In this document: piece by piece, positions 10,744 to 23,254 of the stretch
How positions within the stretch are numbered: position 1 is the stretch's first letter
Layout of the letters: each line of letters begins with the position of its first letter
DNA from: Ostrea edulis
Taxonomy: Eukaryota
Direction: 5' to 3'
Assembly: GCF_947568905.1 (NCBI RefSeq)
Contig: NC_079169.1
Coordinates: 36,208,001 to 36,272,000, forward strand
Length of the DNA stretch: 64,000 nucleotides
The notes under the pieces: generated by a model
What the model was told of the DNA's origin: nothing
The model's input: only the letters and a program-made list of their open reading frames with translations
Database searches by the model: none
Translations under genes and position numbers: made by a program

Positions 10744-13533
10744 CACTTCGTCTGGCAGTGCAACAATCACAACCAGGAAAGGTAAAATAGACTCTTCCCT
10801 CCTACTCTTCTCTAAGCGTTCCACATGCAGGTTCCTGTAGTTTTGACGTTTCTTATTAAACAGTGACTTGGAATAATTGTAAACTCAGAGACAAGGCGTT
10901 CTTCACTATTGGTCTTCCACAAAGTTACTAATGAAAATGTCAATAATTACAGACCGTAGACCGCTAGTTAGACCATTCTTGTAATAAAGCTTTGGATGTC
11001 GCGTATCTAAGCAAACCGGAGGTGTAAACAAAGTCCTTCTTATTTGTCAATCAAATCCCGAATACAACCACGGCATAGGTAAATCCCGCGATTCTAGAGA
11101 AATTCCCGACATGGCTAAGAAACACTACAGATCGATTTTCGTTTCTTGGAGAAAAACATGCATAACTGCTGGGCAGAAAATTAGTATCCTGTGTTTTAGC
11201 GGAATCAAGAATCGTGTTCTGACACCTTAAAGCGTCTAAAGTCAGCTAACACGTAAAAACGATCTTCAATAGAACCACACAGCGAAAGACAACAATGAAA
11301 TTTTCTGTTGAGGTGAACTCTTCCATATAAAAACGCTCTCTCTACCTGGTAAGCACTGATTTGCCGTAGAAAACACAGGACTTAGTTTTCTAAAGAAATA
11401 TAAGGCATTTAAGCCAGGTTAGATTATTTACGTATTTCTGTATTCATGTTTACATTTATTTCTTAATTTTAAGCAAGCTGGATCGAAAAGTTATCAGTAG
11501 ATAAAAGCCCGCGGTGTTACTTGATATACGACCGTGTTGTTAAAATCAATCGGTTCGATGTCTAAGAGTTACATTTACAATAGCCTGTTGATACTTGAGC
11601 ATTCTTTTGACATTATGGCTACAAATGCAGAGTCGAAGCTTGATAAAGGAACTTGGAAACAAAACTGGATCACGTTGCAATTCTTTATGCAGTAAGTCAA
11701 AGCAGTTGGCAAATCGACTGGCGTAAACTTTGGAATACTAAATATCAAGAAAACAGCGCCAGTGCTATTCACCATACAAAGTCATTCAAAACCCACATCA
11801 TTTCATATGTAAAATTTATTGCCCTGATTGATGCAAAACTAGGAATAAAAGAATAAAGGAAAAAGACTCCTTCCTTTATATCTATAATAATAGGTTAACT
11901 TGGTCCACCGCCGCATCAATGCCCGTTGCCTTGGAGTCAAACAGCAGACCGTGTTCTGTCCTGGTCGTATATCTTCTCATTACAAAAAACGTAAGCTCGG
12001 ATCGCCAGAGGGTAATATTACAGAGTGACACTGAATAACAATTTAGATAACGGGGTATTGGCCATAGTTATGTACAGTATAACGGGGAAGTGCAACTTTA
12101 CAAAACAGTGGTTATTTATTACACGTCATGTACCGGTAAACCGTAGCATTTTTGTATTGCATTCAAGCTATAAAATTCATTCAATAAAAGTTTTGCCAAT
12201 CTTTAAAAAAATCTTTTCTTTTACGCTTTAAAAAAGATTACGATGTCTTTTGTTGGATTTTCTACTGAAAATTCAACATTATATAATGCCGAACGGAGCC
12301 CACTTGATGTGAATATTGTAACGTTGGTAAAGTCCATGCCTTATCGAATACCGCTATTAATCTGACATGTGCAGTGCATTATTTTGTTAACTCATTCTTT
12401 TCATGGACATTTGTAAACTGGTTACGTTTTTACGCTCCCAAGATCGAAGATCGGTGGTGGGGGATAGGGGTGGGGTTATATTGTGTTTAAGCTGTCTGTA
12501 TATCGGTCTTTTTGTATTGCCCAACTTTATCCTTTGAACTATACAAGATATATGTTTCATGCTTGCTGAACGGAAAGGTCAAGGCCAGATACATATAAAC
12601 AGGGTGAGGGTCACTTGTGTTTGTTGAGGTCGCCACAATTGATAATTTGATCTCGTTGAAGAACACGATGTTTCATGAACACATCTCTTTTTCCTGAATA
12701 ATAAAATTTTTGCAATTTATGAATTATAAAGCATCTTTTAAAGGGAACCAAAACAACATTTATTGGGAAAGCTAAAATCATAAACTGTAGTGTAAATTGG
12801 CGGTCAGAAATGCTTTTGAAGTAAGTATGAAATATCAAGTAATACAATTTATGTCTTCATCTCTATTTCATAACTCTAGACTATACTTAACAAATAAAAC
12901 TTAAATATCTGCATGATAAATAATGTTTTACGATTGATTAACTATATAATGAAAGACTCTGATCTATAGTTAACATGTACTATTTGTATTTTACAACTCT
13001 AAATAACTTGACGTTAAATGGTGTGCAAAAGAAATACAGACATTATTTGAATTTACGCTAGATGGCGCGCAAGAATATCTACGTAATCATTATATGTGTA
13101 CTTTTTCTGAAACGTAATTCCTGCGAAATTGCCAATCATGTCGGACTCTCAGAACGCCAAGATATCAGAAACTGCAAAACATTTCTGCCTTGAACAGATA
13201 TGTCTTAAGTTGTTGTTTTTCAACCTCCTTGTCTCATTCCAATACACTATACAATCTGAAATTAGATCTATGGTCTGCTTTTTACTAGTCAAAAAAGCGA
13301 AAACCCTTAACGAAAAAACTCTACATAGATATCAATATTTTAATTTGGTAAAATTGATCTAAATCTAAACATTCGGCAAAAAGAAAAAAGATAGTGTGTG
13401 TGTGTATGTGTGTGTGAGGGGGTGGGTGGGTGGGTGGGTGGTTAAAGACGCCTTTGTTCCTGGAGTGACCAAGGACAATATCATTTAACCGATTTGTTTG
13501 AATGTTAAAGAGCTCAAAGTTTTCTAACCTATA

Positions 13534-14075
13534 TGGAGCGCCAAATTAACATAAACTCAAATAATTGAAGATATCATCAATTCATTTGATGCGCGCAACA
13601 ATTTGATTAAAGATCTCTTCAAATAATTAATGATATCTTCAATTCTGAATTATTGCGCGCATTAATTGAATTGATGATAGCATTAATTCTTCAGCTGAAT
13701 TGATGCGCGTTTTAATTGAATTAATGATTTCTTCAAATGAATTAATGATATCAACAATTGAATTGATGCGCGCTACAATTCAATTGAAGAGAGCACTAAT
13801 TGATATAATGCGCGCATTAAATCAATTGATGAGAGCATTAATTGAATTAATGTGCGCATTAATTCATTTGATGAGAGCAATAATTGATTTAATGCGCGCA
13901 TTAATTCAATTATTGCTCTCTTCAATTGAATTAATGATATTTTTTATTCATTTGAAGAGAACAATAATTCTTTTAGAGAGAGCAACTATATAATTAAAGA
14001 TATCTTCAATTCAACATATCCACAATTGAATTAATGATCTCTTTAATTGAATTGTTGCTCTCTTTAAAAGAATTG
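13534..14075. mobile_element. MITE with degenerate ~21-bp internal repeats, right end lost
   Basis: Left end TA|tggagcgccaaattaac as in 19492-19846; internal aattgatgcgcgcattaatt-type repeats. Confidence 0.75.
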
Positions 14076-14084
14076 ATGCCTGCA

Positions 14085-14690
14085 TCTGGACGGTTTACAG
14101 GGGTGCTTTGTGTGTATGAGTACTTTGTACACAGGGATCTGGACGGTTTACAGGGGTGCTTTGTGTATATAAGTACTTTGTACACAGGGATCTGGACGGT
14201 TTACAGGGGTGCTTTGTGTATATAAGTACTTTGTACACAGGGATCTGGACGGTTTACAGGAGTGCTTTGTGTATATGAGTACTTTGTACACAGAGATCTG
14301 GACGGTTTACAGGGGTGCTTTGTGTATGAGTACTTTGTACACAGAGATCTGGACGGTTTACAGTGCGGTGCTTTGTGTATATAAGTACTTTGTACACAGG
14401 GATCTGGACGGTTTACATTGGGGTGCTTTGTGTATATAAGTACTTTGTACACAGGGATCTGGACGGTTTACAGGAGTGCTTTGTGTATATAAGTACTTTG
14501 TACACAGGGATCTGGACGGTTTACAGGAGTGCTTTGTGTGTATGAGTACTTTGTACACAGGGATCTGGACGGTTTACAGTGGGGTGCTTTGTGTATATAA
14601 GTACTTTGTAAACAGATATCTGGACGGTTTACAGTGGGGTGCTTTGTGTATATAAGTACTTTGTACACAAAGATCTGGACGGTTTACAGG
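14085..14690. repeat. 53-bp minisatellite, ~11 copies
   Basis: ggatctggacggtttacaggggtgctttgtgtatataagtactttgtacacag units. Confidence 0.95.
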
Positions 14691-15533
14691 GTAAAGAGGT
14701 CATGGACACTAGTAGGAACATTCCAAATTGCTTATGTTCACCATTTCGAATGTACATATATTTAATATTTCCAAAAAGCGGAGACACACTCCTGTATGAA
14801 AATCTAATTCTTATTGATGGAAGGACAAGGTTACAGGGAAACACATTTGGAAATGTTGCTAGGAGATCGAAGGTTTGCACGCCTGCTAGATTGTTCATAC
14901 ATATCATATCAATGTATTAACATCATACAAAGATTCCACTTTTTGAGCAAACTAACCTCGTGTTTGATTACAAGTAAACCGAGTCCGGATACATGGAGTT
15001 TTTGCATGGCTCCAAGATGGCAAAAAATGTTGTGAGACGACGGACACTCCTTGTTTCTCTTCAGTAATTCTTTGCGGAACATAATAAAAAATCTCGTCAA
15101 ATAAGTTACATAATTCTGATAGAAAGTGGACAAATTTGATTTGGTAACTTGACCTTTCATAGAAAGAGATCTTTGAGCGAGAACAGCAGCAGTCACTGAC
15201 AGATTGGGGAGCCTCAGCGGAAGTGTGCACTCTCTGAAAACCGCTTGTCTCACTTCCTTGAAGCAATACTAGCTGTCATTTTGGTGTCGAACATTTTTGT
15301 TGCAAAATTGTGATTTATTATTTCAATGACAGAAAATACGAGGGTTGTTCGATGTGTAATGTGTATTGTATCACAGCGCGATAATGCTTTGCACAATTTC
15401 ATGGATGATGATATTCTTGAATAGCTCTATTCAATACCTTTCCAACGGTATAAACACGAGCCTTCAGCTCCACATAGTTTTAAAGTTATAGTCATTTCAA
15501 TAGAGCATGCAGTCGATGACCACTGTTGTAAAA

Positions 15534-16690
15534 ATGGTTGGGAAATGGGTTGAGAATATTGAGGAAATTAGAGCTATATAAAAGTTCGCACAAAACTCGG
15601 TCAATCGGTAATGCAGATTTTTACTGAATTGGGGGAAGTTTATGGGTCTGATAATTAAGGTATCTTATGAGACAGTTCGTAGGTGGAGAAAAAGTTTTTT
15701 GACTGGCACAGAGTCCGTCAGAGATGCAGCAAAATCTGGCCGACCTGTGACTGCAACAGGCAAGGCAAATGTCTCAAAAGTCAGGGAAATAATTGAAAGT
15801 GATGACAGATACACGATTCGTGAAATTGCCAAAGCTGTTGGTATATCGCTATCGCGGGTGCATTTCATTTTGAAGCGTATTTTGAAAGTACGAAAGATTT
15901 CTGCCAGATGGATACCACATATATTGACAGATGACCAAAAACGGGTACGAGTACAAATCGCTAAGCAATTGCTCAAAATGTTTCCAAAATTCAATCAAAG
16001 ACAATTGCCAAACATTGTTACTGGTGACGAAACATGGGTTCACTATTTCGAACCAGTAAGAAAAATTGGAAACAAAATATGGCTAACTAAACACGGTAGA
16101 AGGCCTGTAGTTGCCAAAAGAACAATAAGCAAAAAAGAAGGTTCTTTATTGCATATTCTTCTTATGTGATGGTATAGCCGTACAAATTCCGGTGCCGAAG
16201 GGCAAAAGTGTTACAGGTCGGTATTACCGAGATGTTATACTAAGAGAAGCTCAAGAAATATTATCATAAACGACGCCCCGTGTCAGGACTTAGGCATGTT
16301 CGCCTACTTTATGATGATGCTCCATCACATACATCTGAGCTTGTGAAGCAATTTTTGAAGTAGGAGATTGATTGATTAAATATTGTTTAACGTCCCTCTC
16401 GAGAATATTTCACTCATATGGAGACGTCACCACTGCCGGTGAATGGCTGCGAAATTTAGGCCTGAGGTTACCGTCTTGCCACACCCACCATACTCTCCAG
16501 ATCTAGCCCCATGCGACTTTTTCCTTTTTTCCAAAACTTAAAAAGTCCTTATCTGGTCGTCGTTATAAGTCCTGACAAGCCCTTGCATCAGTCAGTGCCT
16601 CAGAGGTCTACCTAAATCAGCATACCGTGACGCATTTCAGAGATTGAAATTATGTATTTCAAACCGCGGAGAATACATTGAAGGTATGTA
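15534..16690 (+). pseudogene. Mariner transposase pseudogene
   Basis: HTH region SYETVRRW, SGRP, WIPHILT, VTGDETWVHYFEP, YDDAPSH and YSPDLAPCDFFLFP; 34 residues between the second and third D once the SINE insert is removed; frameshifts and stops present. Confidence 0.92.
16367..16463 (-). mobile_element. 5'-truncated SINE inserted in the mariner transposase
   Basis: ttgattgattaaatattgtttaacgtccctctcgag...tttaggcct interrupts FLK*E|KVTVLPHPPY. Confidence 0.85.
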
Positions 16691-17138
16691 ATGTTCATTT
16701 CACTATTTGAGTCGAATGTTTTTGAGATACCGTACAATACACATTACATATCGAACAGCCCTCGTAATAAGGTTTATAAACTTTTGTTATTAATATTCGT
16801 GTTTAACCTATCCAGAGGCTCTGAATGAAGCAACATTGCATTATTGTCTTCCCGTAAAAAAAAACCCCCCGATTTCTATATGATGCCAAATGTGTATATA
16901 TTCAATAGAACCGAAATCTTTATTTCAATAAAATTTTAAACTTAGTTTTAATTTTACCAATGACTATGGTTAAAGTTATATACAAAACTGTCATAATGGC
17001 ACATTTACAAATTACAGATTTAGAGCTACGAGATATAACTCTAAGTAAGCTACACAATATATCCGTCTCCACGAATAGCACAAACCGCAAATAGTTCATA
17101 GGAGTGGATCTTCGCAGGCAAGCCAACCCCCCTCCTCC

Positions 17139-17180
<42 letters not shown>
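17139..17180. repeat. (GA)n microsatellite
   Basis: Direct reading. Confidence 0.95.
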
Positions 17181-17183
<3 letters not shown>

Positions 17184-19076
17184 CTGGTGATTAAAACTCA
17201 ACAAGCGTTTTTCATATCTTTCTATTTTAATACCCGGACTTGCATAGCAAATCAATGATCATCCAGAGTAAGCCTCTATTCCCGGGAAAGCTAACTATAT
17301 CAGACCATGGTATATCGATATCTACCGATTCATTGTCACGTGTTCCAGTAATCACCTATCTCCACAAAACGTCCAGAAAACGTTTTCGATGTCTACTTCC
17401 AAACCAATTTATCAACCTCTTTTCATTTCAAATCAAAATTGGGTTCACTAATTACAGAGAACTCGTGTTTACCTACACCTGAAAAATAATTAACAACCGG
17501 TAATATTTAAAACTAGTACAACATCACAAGCAACAGGGAATTCCGAATAGGGAAAATAAATACAAAGAAGGGGGACAGATTTAGTCAAACATAAAAAAAA
17601 AATCGGTTTTTATGTGATGTACAAGCAAGAACTATAATCAGTGGCGGATCCAGAAATTTCTGAAAGGAAAGGGGGGAGGGTAAGGGGGGTAAAAAGCTAA
17701 GGGCTGCCTTGAAGTCTCCAGTGGATAAAGCCCTTCGGGGTGGGGGGTGCGAAGCCCCTTGTAACTACTGAGTTCTGACAAAAATATGACGTACATGTAC
17801 ATTTTAGGTTTAGTATTTCTGTAAAAGATTGACATTAATTTCTGCATGATAATACTATCTAATATCAATTGCTACACGTCATTAAAAAGGGTTGGGTAGG
17901 GCGCAAGATGCTGGATCCTAAGTATATGTATAAAGCACTACGTAACCCTCTCCTTGGTACCGGAATAAACTCTGATTATGTAGCATCACTAAACTTTACA
18001 CTGAGAGTTTCCAAGCATAAATCAGTGTTTTATGTTTGTTTATCTATGAAAGACTGGAGTTTAATATTGATTTCTCTGTAAGAAGAAAAGACAGTCATGT
18101 ATTTACCAGGTCATTTTAATACCGCTTTAACGAGCTGTTGTTCTCAAACAGTAAAAGTACGTATCCGCTGACCTTTAACAGGCGCAGACTTAAAAAGATT
18201 CTGTATCCATTAGACTCCAATTCATGTCTTTACATAAATTTCAGACAAATATTTTAAACAGATTATCCCATTTAATGTGAACTCTAAATAAAGGGTTGAT
18301 TTCTTCGTCCACCTGACCCATTGAACTGATATTTTCATAAAGTGCTCTCTTTAAACTTAACAAAGTCCGCAACATAAATGCAAACTGTTCAATACATTAT
18401 AAATATGATATCATAACACATTTTACAAACATATAAATAATTACAAATTGTTTCAAACTGATGGTTTTCGTGTGATTTAAAAAAAACCGTAATCACTAAA
18501 TATGTTACACAGTGAATTATTAGTGTAAAACAAAAAAAAACGTCCATTCCATGATTTGAAACCGTGATTCGGGGTTTAGAAATAATACGCTTGGCATGCA
18601 TGTAGAGTTACAAGAAATATAGATTGGATTTGAATTTACAGTTGGATATCACAAAAATGACAATTTAGAACTTATCCGCATTCTTGCAATTTGCAAAATT
18701 CAAAATATACACCACTAAAACAAAATTCAAAAACACAATCAATCTTTTAGAGAATGTTAAGCAAACCTCAATTACAAGAGATCCATGGGCCACAGTGCTC
18801 ACCTGAGTCAAACTGGTCCTACTGTCCTTCTGAAAAAGATTTTTTTTAAAAATTTAATTAACCTCTTTATTCCCGTAAACAGTTTGAATCCATATTATGA
18901 CCCCACTTTAAGTCAAATGGGGGTGTGATTTCTACGCAAAATAGGGATGCCAAATATGTAAAAATTTATCCCAGATTCTGGTCTAACCCCATAATCCTTA
19001 AAAAAAAAAAGATTAAGAGTTCTCCTAATGTAACCTAAACCTTCCCCAGCGGTACTAATTTGAAGAAAAATGAATC

Positions 19077-19397
19077 AATGCTTGTATGTTGAATCTGCAC
19101 GACCCGACAATGCTTGTATGTTGAATCTGCACGACCCGACAATGCTTGTATGTTGAATCTGCACTACCCCGTTGAATCTGCACGACCCGACAATCCTTGT
19201 ATGTTGAATCTGCACGACCCGACAATCCTTGTATGTTGAATCTGCACGACCCGACAATGCTTGTATGTTGAATCTGCACGACCCGACAATGCTTGTATGT
19301 TGAATCTGCACGACCCGACAATGCTTGTATGTTGAATCTGCACGACCCGACAATGCTTGTATGTTGAATCTGCACGACCCGACAATGCTTGTATGTT
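19077..19397. repeat. 32-bp minisatellite inside a degenerate HINE-like element
   Basis: aatgcttgtatgttgaatctgcacgacccgac x~10; flanks carry HINE motifs (caagagatccatgggccacagtgctcacctgag near 18775). Confidence 0.9.
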
Positions 19398-19491
19398 GGT
19401 ATGATTAATTCTGACTCTGCTGCTCTTGAATTTTTTTTTTTAAATCTATTTTTATTAAAAACTTTGAAACCCTATTGAGAGTCCATCCTTA

Positions 19492-19846
19492 TGGAGCGCC
19501 AAATTAACATAAACTTAAATAATTGAAGATGTCTTCAATTATTTGAAGATATCATCAATTCATATTGAATTGATGCGGGCTTTAATTGAATTAATGATCT
19601 CTTCAAATGAATTAATGATATCAACAATTCAATTGAAATTAGCAATAATTGATATAATGCGCGCATTAAATCAATTGATGAGATCAATAATTGAATTGAT
19701 GCGCGCATTAATTCATTTGATGAGAGCAACAATTGATTTAATGCACGCATTAATTCAATTAAAGAGAGCAATAATTGAATTGATGATAACTTCAAATAAT
19801 TGAAGATATCTTCAATTATTTGAGTTTGTGTTAATTTGGCGCTCCA
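19492..19846. mobile_element. Complete MITE with ~45-bp TIRs and TA flanks
   Basis: tggagcgccaaattaacataaacttaaataattgaagat / atcttcaattatttgagtttgtgttaatttggcgctcca, with TA on both sides. Confidence 0.85.
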
Positions 19847-21169
19847 TACATCTTACCCCCTACCCCTGAATTTGAACTATCTGAGGATGCTTGCATGCTA
19901 ATACACGTATCACAGGGGATGGCTGGCTGTGATCGTGACCAATCATAAGATTGTTAAAGAACCCATGTAAAACTTTGATCCTGCACGGTCTGCTACTTCG
20001 CTAGCTAAGGGTGACGCTCCACGGCGTGTTCTCTGATCACGGAGGAAGAGAAACAATGTTCATCGTATATACATATACAAATCAGCACATACACAATTAG
20101 TAAACCTCTTAATCAACCTGGGGGTTGGACTCTGTCCTTGATATAACTTATGAATTTACATAATTTTAACAACAAAATTTTATCCATTGGGTGAATGAGG
20201 TTATTATTTGTAAATATATTAGAATTTTAAACGCGATATATTTCAGGTAAAAACAGAATTTTATCAACATTACTACATTTTAAAAGCTAGTGATATTCAG
20301 CTCCAATTCCATCTAAGTCGTAAAGTGTGCATTTTCGTTCACATCGTGGAATACCATGCTATCTACCAGTTTCTGTTATTTACATACTATTTTTGTTTGG
20401 GAGGTGCAACTTTTTAAACTCAGTATTGTTTTGAAAATTCTATAGCTGATTGCTCAAGGCGAATTAGAATTATCGCTCTGACATTTCTGTACAAACTGAT
20501 CATACAATATTTTATAAACAGTATATTTCGTTACCAATTTTACACTAGGGAATGTATGAGTCAACCAAATATAGGATAGTCCACATTCTTCAAGAATATT
20601 TTTTAATACATTTCATCCAAGATGTGCAGGTTATTTTATATATAAGATAGTATGCTTTAGAACACAATTTGATAGAATATACCAATTTTGCCCAGAACGT
20701 AGTCATTCGTACTTTTATATTCTAAGCCAAGGGATATCTTCCTAATTCTCCATACACCATATAATTTGGAGTAGAGTTCAAAATATATTTACAAAATCTC
20801 AAATGTAATTCCTCAACTATATCTGTTTGAAAACCATTTCACAGCTATATATAATGATATTAGTGAAATAATTTTATCAGATAAGTCTTATTGACAATTA
20901 AATGGTATATTATGGTTTCTACATTTAGAAATTACACGGTACATAGCTTTCATACCTTAGTCATATCAATATTTAACATGACTCTGAAACGCCCATTCTT
21001 GAAAATAATACGCCTAAATACTGAAAATTATTTACAATATCAGTGTTAGAACAGTTCTATACAAACGTTAAATCGAATGCTTGTCTCCCATAACAAAAAC
21101 CATGACCTTAGTTTTTCCTTCATCAATTTTCAAGTGCCAAAAATGAGCATTATTCACAAAACTATCTAG

Positions 21170-21604
21170 TTGGTACTGTAAATCCTCTTTAGAATTTTGA
21201 ATCTGCACTATGTCAGGAAGCTTTCATGTAAATTTGTACTTTCCTGGCCCGGTGGTTGTTGAGAAGATTTTTACTATGTTTGTATGTAAAACTTTGATCC
21301 GCCATTGTGGCCCCATCCTACCCCTAAGGGTCATGCTTTTAACAAACTTGAATGAATCTGTACTATGTCAGGAAGCTTTCATGTAAATTTCAGCTTTTCT
21401 GACCCAGTGGTTCTTGAGAAGAGTATTAAATGACCCCACCCTATTTTTGCATTTTTATGATAATTTCCCCTTTGAAGGAGATATGGTCCTTCATTTGAAC
21501 AAACTTGAAAGCCCTTCACCCAATGATGCTTTTTGCCAAGTTTAATAGAAATTGGTCCAGTGGTTCTGAAGAAGTCGAAGATGTAAAAAGTTTACAGACA
21601 GATA

Positions 21605-21652
<48 letters not shown>

Positions 21653-21653
21653 T
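21170..21653. mobile_element. HINE-like (Helentron-associated) element, partial
   Basis: Internal satellite-like units (ttgaatctgcactatgtcaggaagctttcatgtaaattt) and terminal hairpin agctcacttgagctttcagctcaggtgagct; homologous to 49751-50584. Confidence 0.75.
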
Positions 21654-21742
21654 AAAAAAGGGGACAGGTTTTCGCCTTGTCTAACTCCTTTAGTACATGG
21701 AAAACTCTTTGAGAAAATATCATTTGCCTTAATACCATTGTA

Positions 21743-22439
21743 TCGGAGTAGGTTCCAGAGAGTTTTCCTGTCCAGGCTATCGAAATCCTTCTCATTATCC
21801 ACAAAGTTGATATAGAGCGGCGAATTATATTCCAAGGACTGCTCAATGATTCTGCATTAACACCATCAGCAGCGAACCAGTCAAGATGGAAGAAGAGATA
21901 CTAGAAAAGGCGGAGTCTTTCACATACTTTTGAAGTGTCATCGACAAACTGGGTGGAACCGATGCTGATGTGAGAGCTAGATTAGGAAAAGCCAGAGCAG
22001 CATTCCTACAACCGAAGAACAGCTCTTCTCTACGGAGCTGAAAACTGAATGACAACAGTCAAAAGGGTCCAGACCTTTATAAATTCTTGTCTGAGAAGGA
22101 TGCTCCAAATCCGCTGGCCGAAAACTATCAGCAACAAAGACCATTGGCAACAAACCAACCAACTCCCTGCAGAGGACGAGATTTTAGGGCGACGCTGGAG
22201 GTGGATTAGGCACACACTCTGTAAACCAGCGTCAAACATTACAAGACAAACGCCGGCCTGGAATTCCCAAGGAAAGAGAAACAGAGGCCGGCCGAAAAAC
22301 ACTGACGCGACGAGTTCTCGATGCCGACACCAAGAAAATGGAATATAACTGGACACTGATTGAACGGAAGACCCAGGGTAGAGACACCTGGAGATCTCTT
22401 GTCGGTGGCCTTTGTCCCAGGAGGGGTAGCAGGCATAAG
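21743..22439 (+). mobile_element. RTE-clade LINE 3' fragment with inverted 5' segment and 13-bp TSD
   Basis: Plus part: ESFTY...[42 protein letters not shown]. Minus part (21743-21847): EQSLEYNSPLYINFVD.EK.FDSLDRKTLW. TAATACCATTGTA at 21730-21742 and 22440-22452. Confidence 0.85.
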
Positions 22440-23254
22440 TAATACCATTGTACATATTTGCAATAACATAACTGAATCATTTTCCATTGACTGAATTATT
22501 CAAAATTTTGAAGAGGCACCGAGGATACTAGGTTATTAATATGACTAATCATGGCCCTGGAGATAAAGATTTTAAAGTTTTACCTTTTATATTCCAATAT
22601 AAAAGTTTGATCTTCTATCGTGGGGGCCAACCTACCTACTGCAATCATGAACTTGAATCTGCATTACCCAAGGATGCTTGCACATGAATATGTCATATCA
22701 AGGCCCTGTTGATTTCAAAAGATTTTTTCCCTATATTTTTCGACCCAGTGGTTCTTGAGATGGTTTTTAAGACAGAACCATAATTTCTCGAGTTTATCCT
22801 CTTTGTAAAGGGTACGACACTACATGTATATTTGAAATCCCCTTTAGCCAAATATGGTTTATGGGAAGTTTAGTTGAAATTGGCTGAATGGTTCTGAAGA
22901 AGCAAAAACCTGTGTAAAGTATTGAGACAGAGGGATCAGAAGGTGATCAGAAAAGCTAAGAATGGGATTTTGTTTTTCAAGAGCAATTTTTCACAAAAGC
23001 CCTTGGTTTAATGGGTGAAATTGACAAATTACGTGACATGTTCACTTTTCATTTCTTAATACATGCAATACCAATCGTTGTTGATTTCAGACAGTCCTGC
23101 TTCCATGTCAAGTTTTTCACGAGTCTTAACATCAGTCTAGGAAGACAAAACTTTCCACTTGGGAAGTGCAACACTTTTAGGGAAAATAACTTCGGACAAG
23201 CAATGTCCTCCTTCATTTCTCAAGATGTAAAACTTATACGGTACCAATTTTGAT

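Larger units (their letters stand above)
15339..16764 (+). mobile_element. Mariner (DD34D) DNA transposon, decayed
   Basis: ~32-bp TIRs (cgagggttgttcgatgtgtaatgtgtattgta / tacaatacacattacatatcgaacagccctcg, 2 mismatches) flanked by TA on both sides. Confidence 0.95.
20050..22500 (-). mobile_element. Old decayed LINE (RTE-X-like by inference), split by a HINE and an RTE insertion
   Basis: Minus-strand relics NMYNGIK...FPCTKGVRQGENLSPF, MVYGELGRYPL..IKVRM..FWAKL and KCTL.DL..IG.EYH.LLKC. Confidence 0.7.

Noticed and set aside
13700-13993. Leucine-zipper-like ORF (ELMRALIQL repeats), also at 19535-19803
   Set aside because: Produced by the ~21-bp internal repeats of a MITE.
14034-14668. Repetitive ORFs on both strands; CRISPR-like periodicity
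   Set aside because: A head-to-tail 53-bp array with no unique spacers and no cas genes, in a eukaryotic context.
21635-21835. Apparently chimeric RT ORF joining RTE and GVRQGENLSP motifs
   Set aside because: Explained by an RTE insertion with a TSD into an older LINE; the in-frame join is coincidental.
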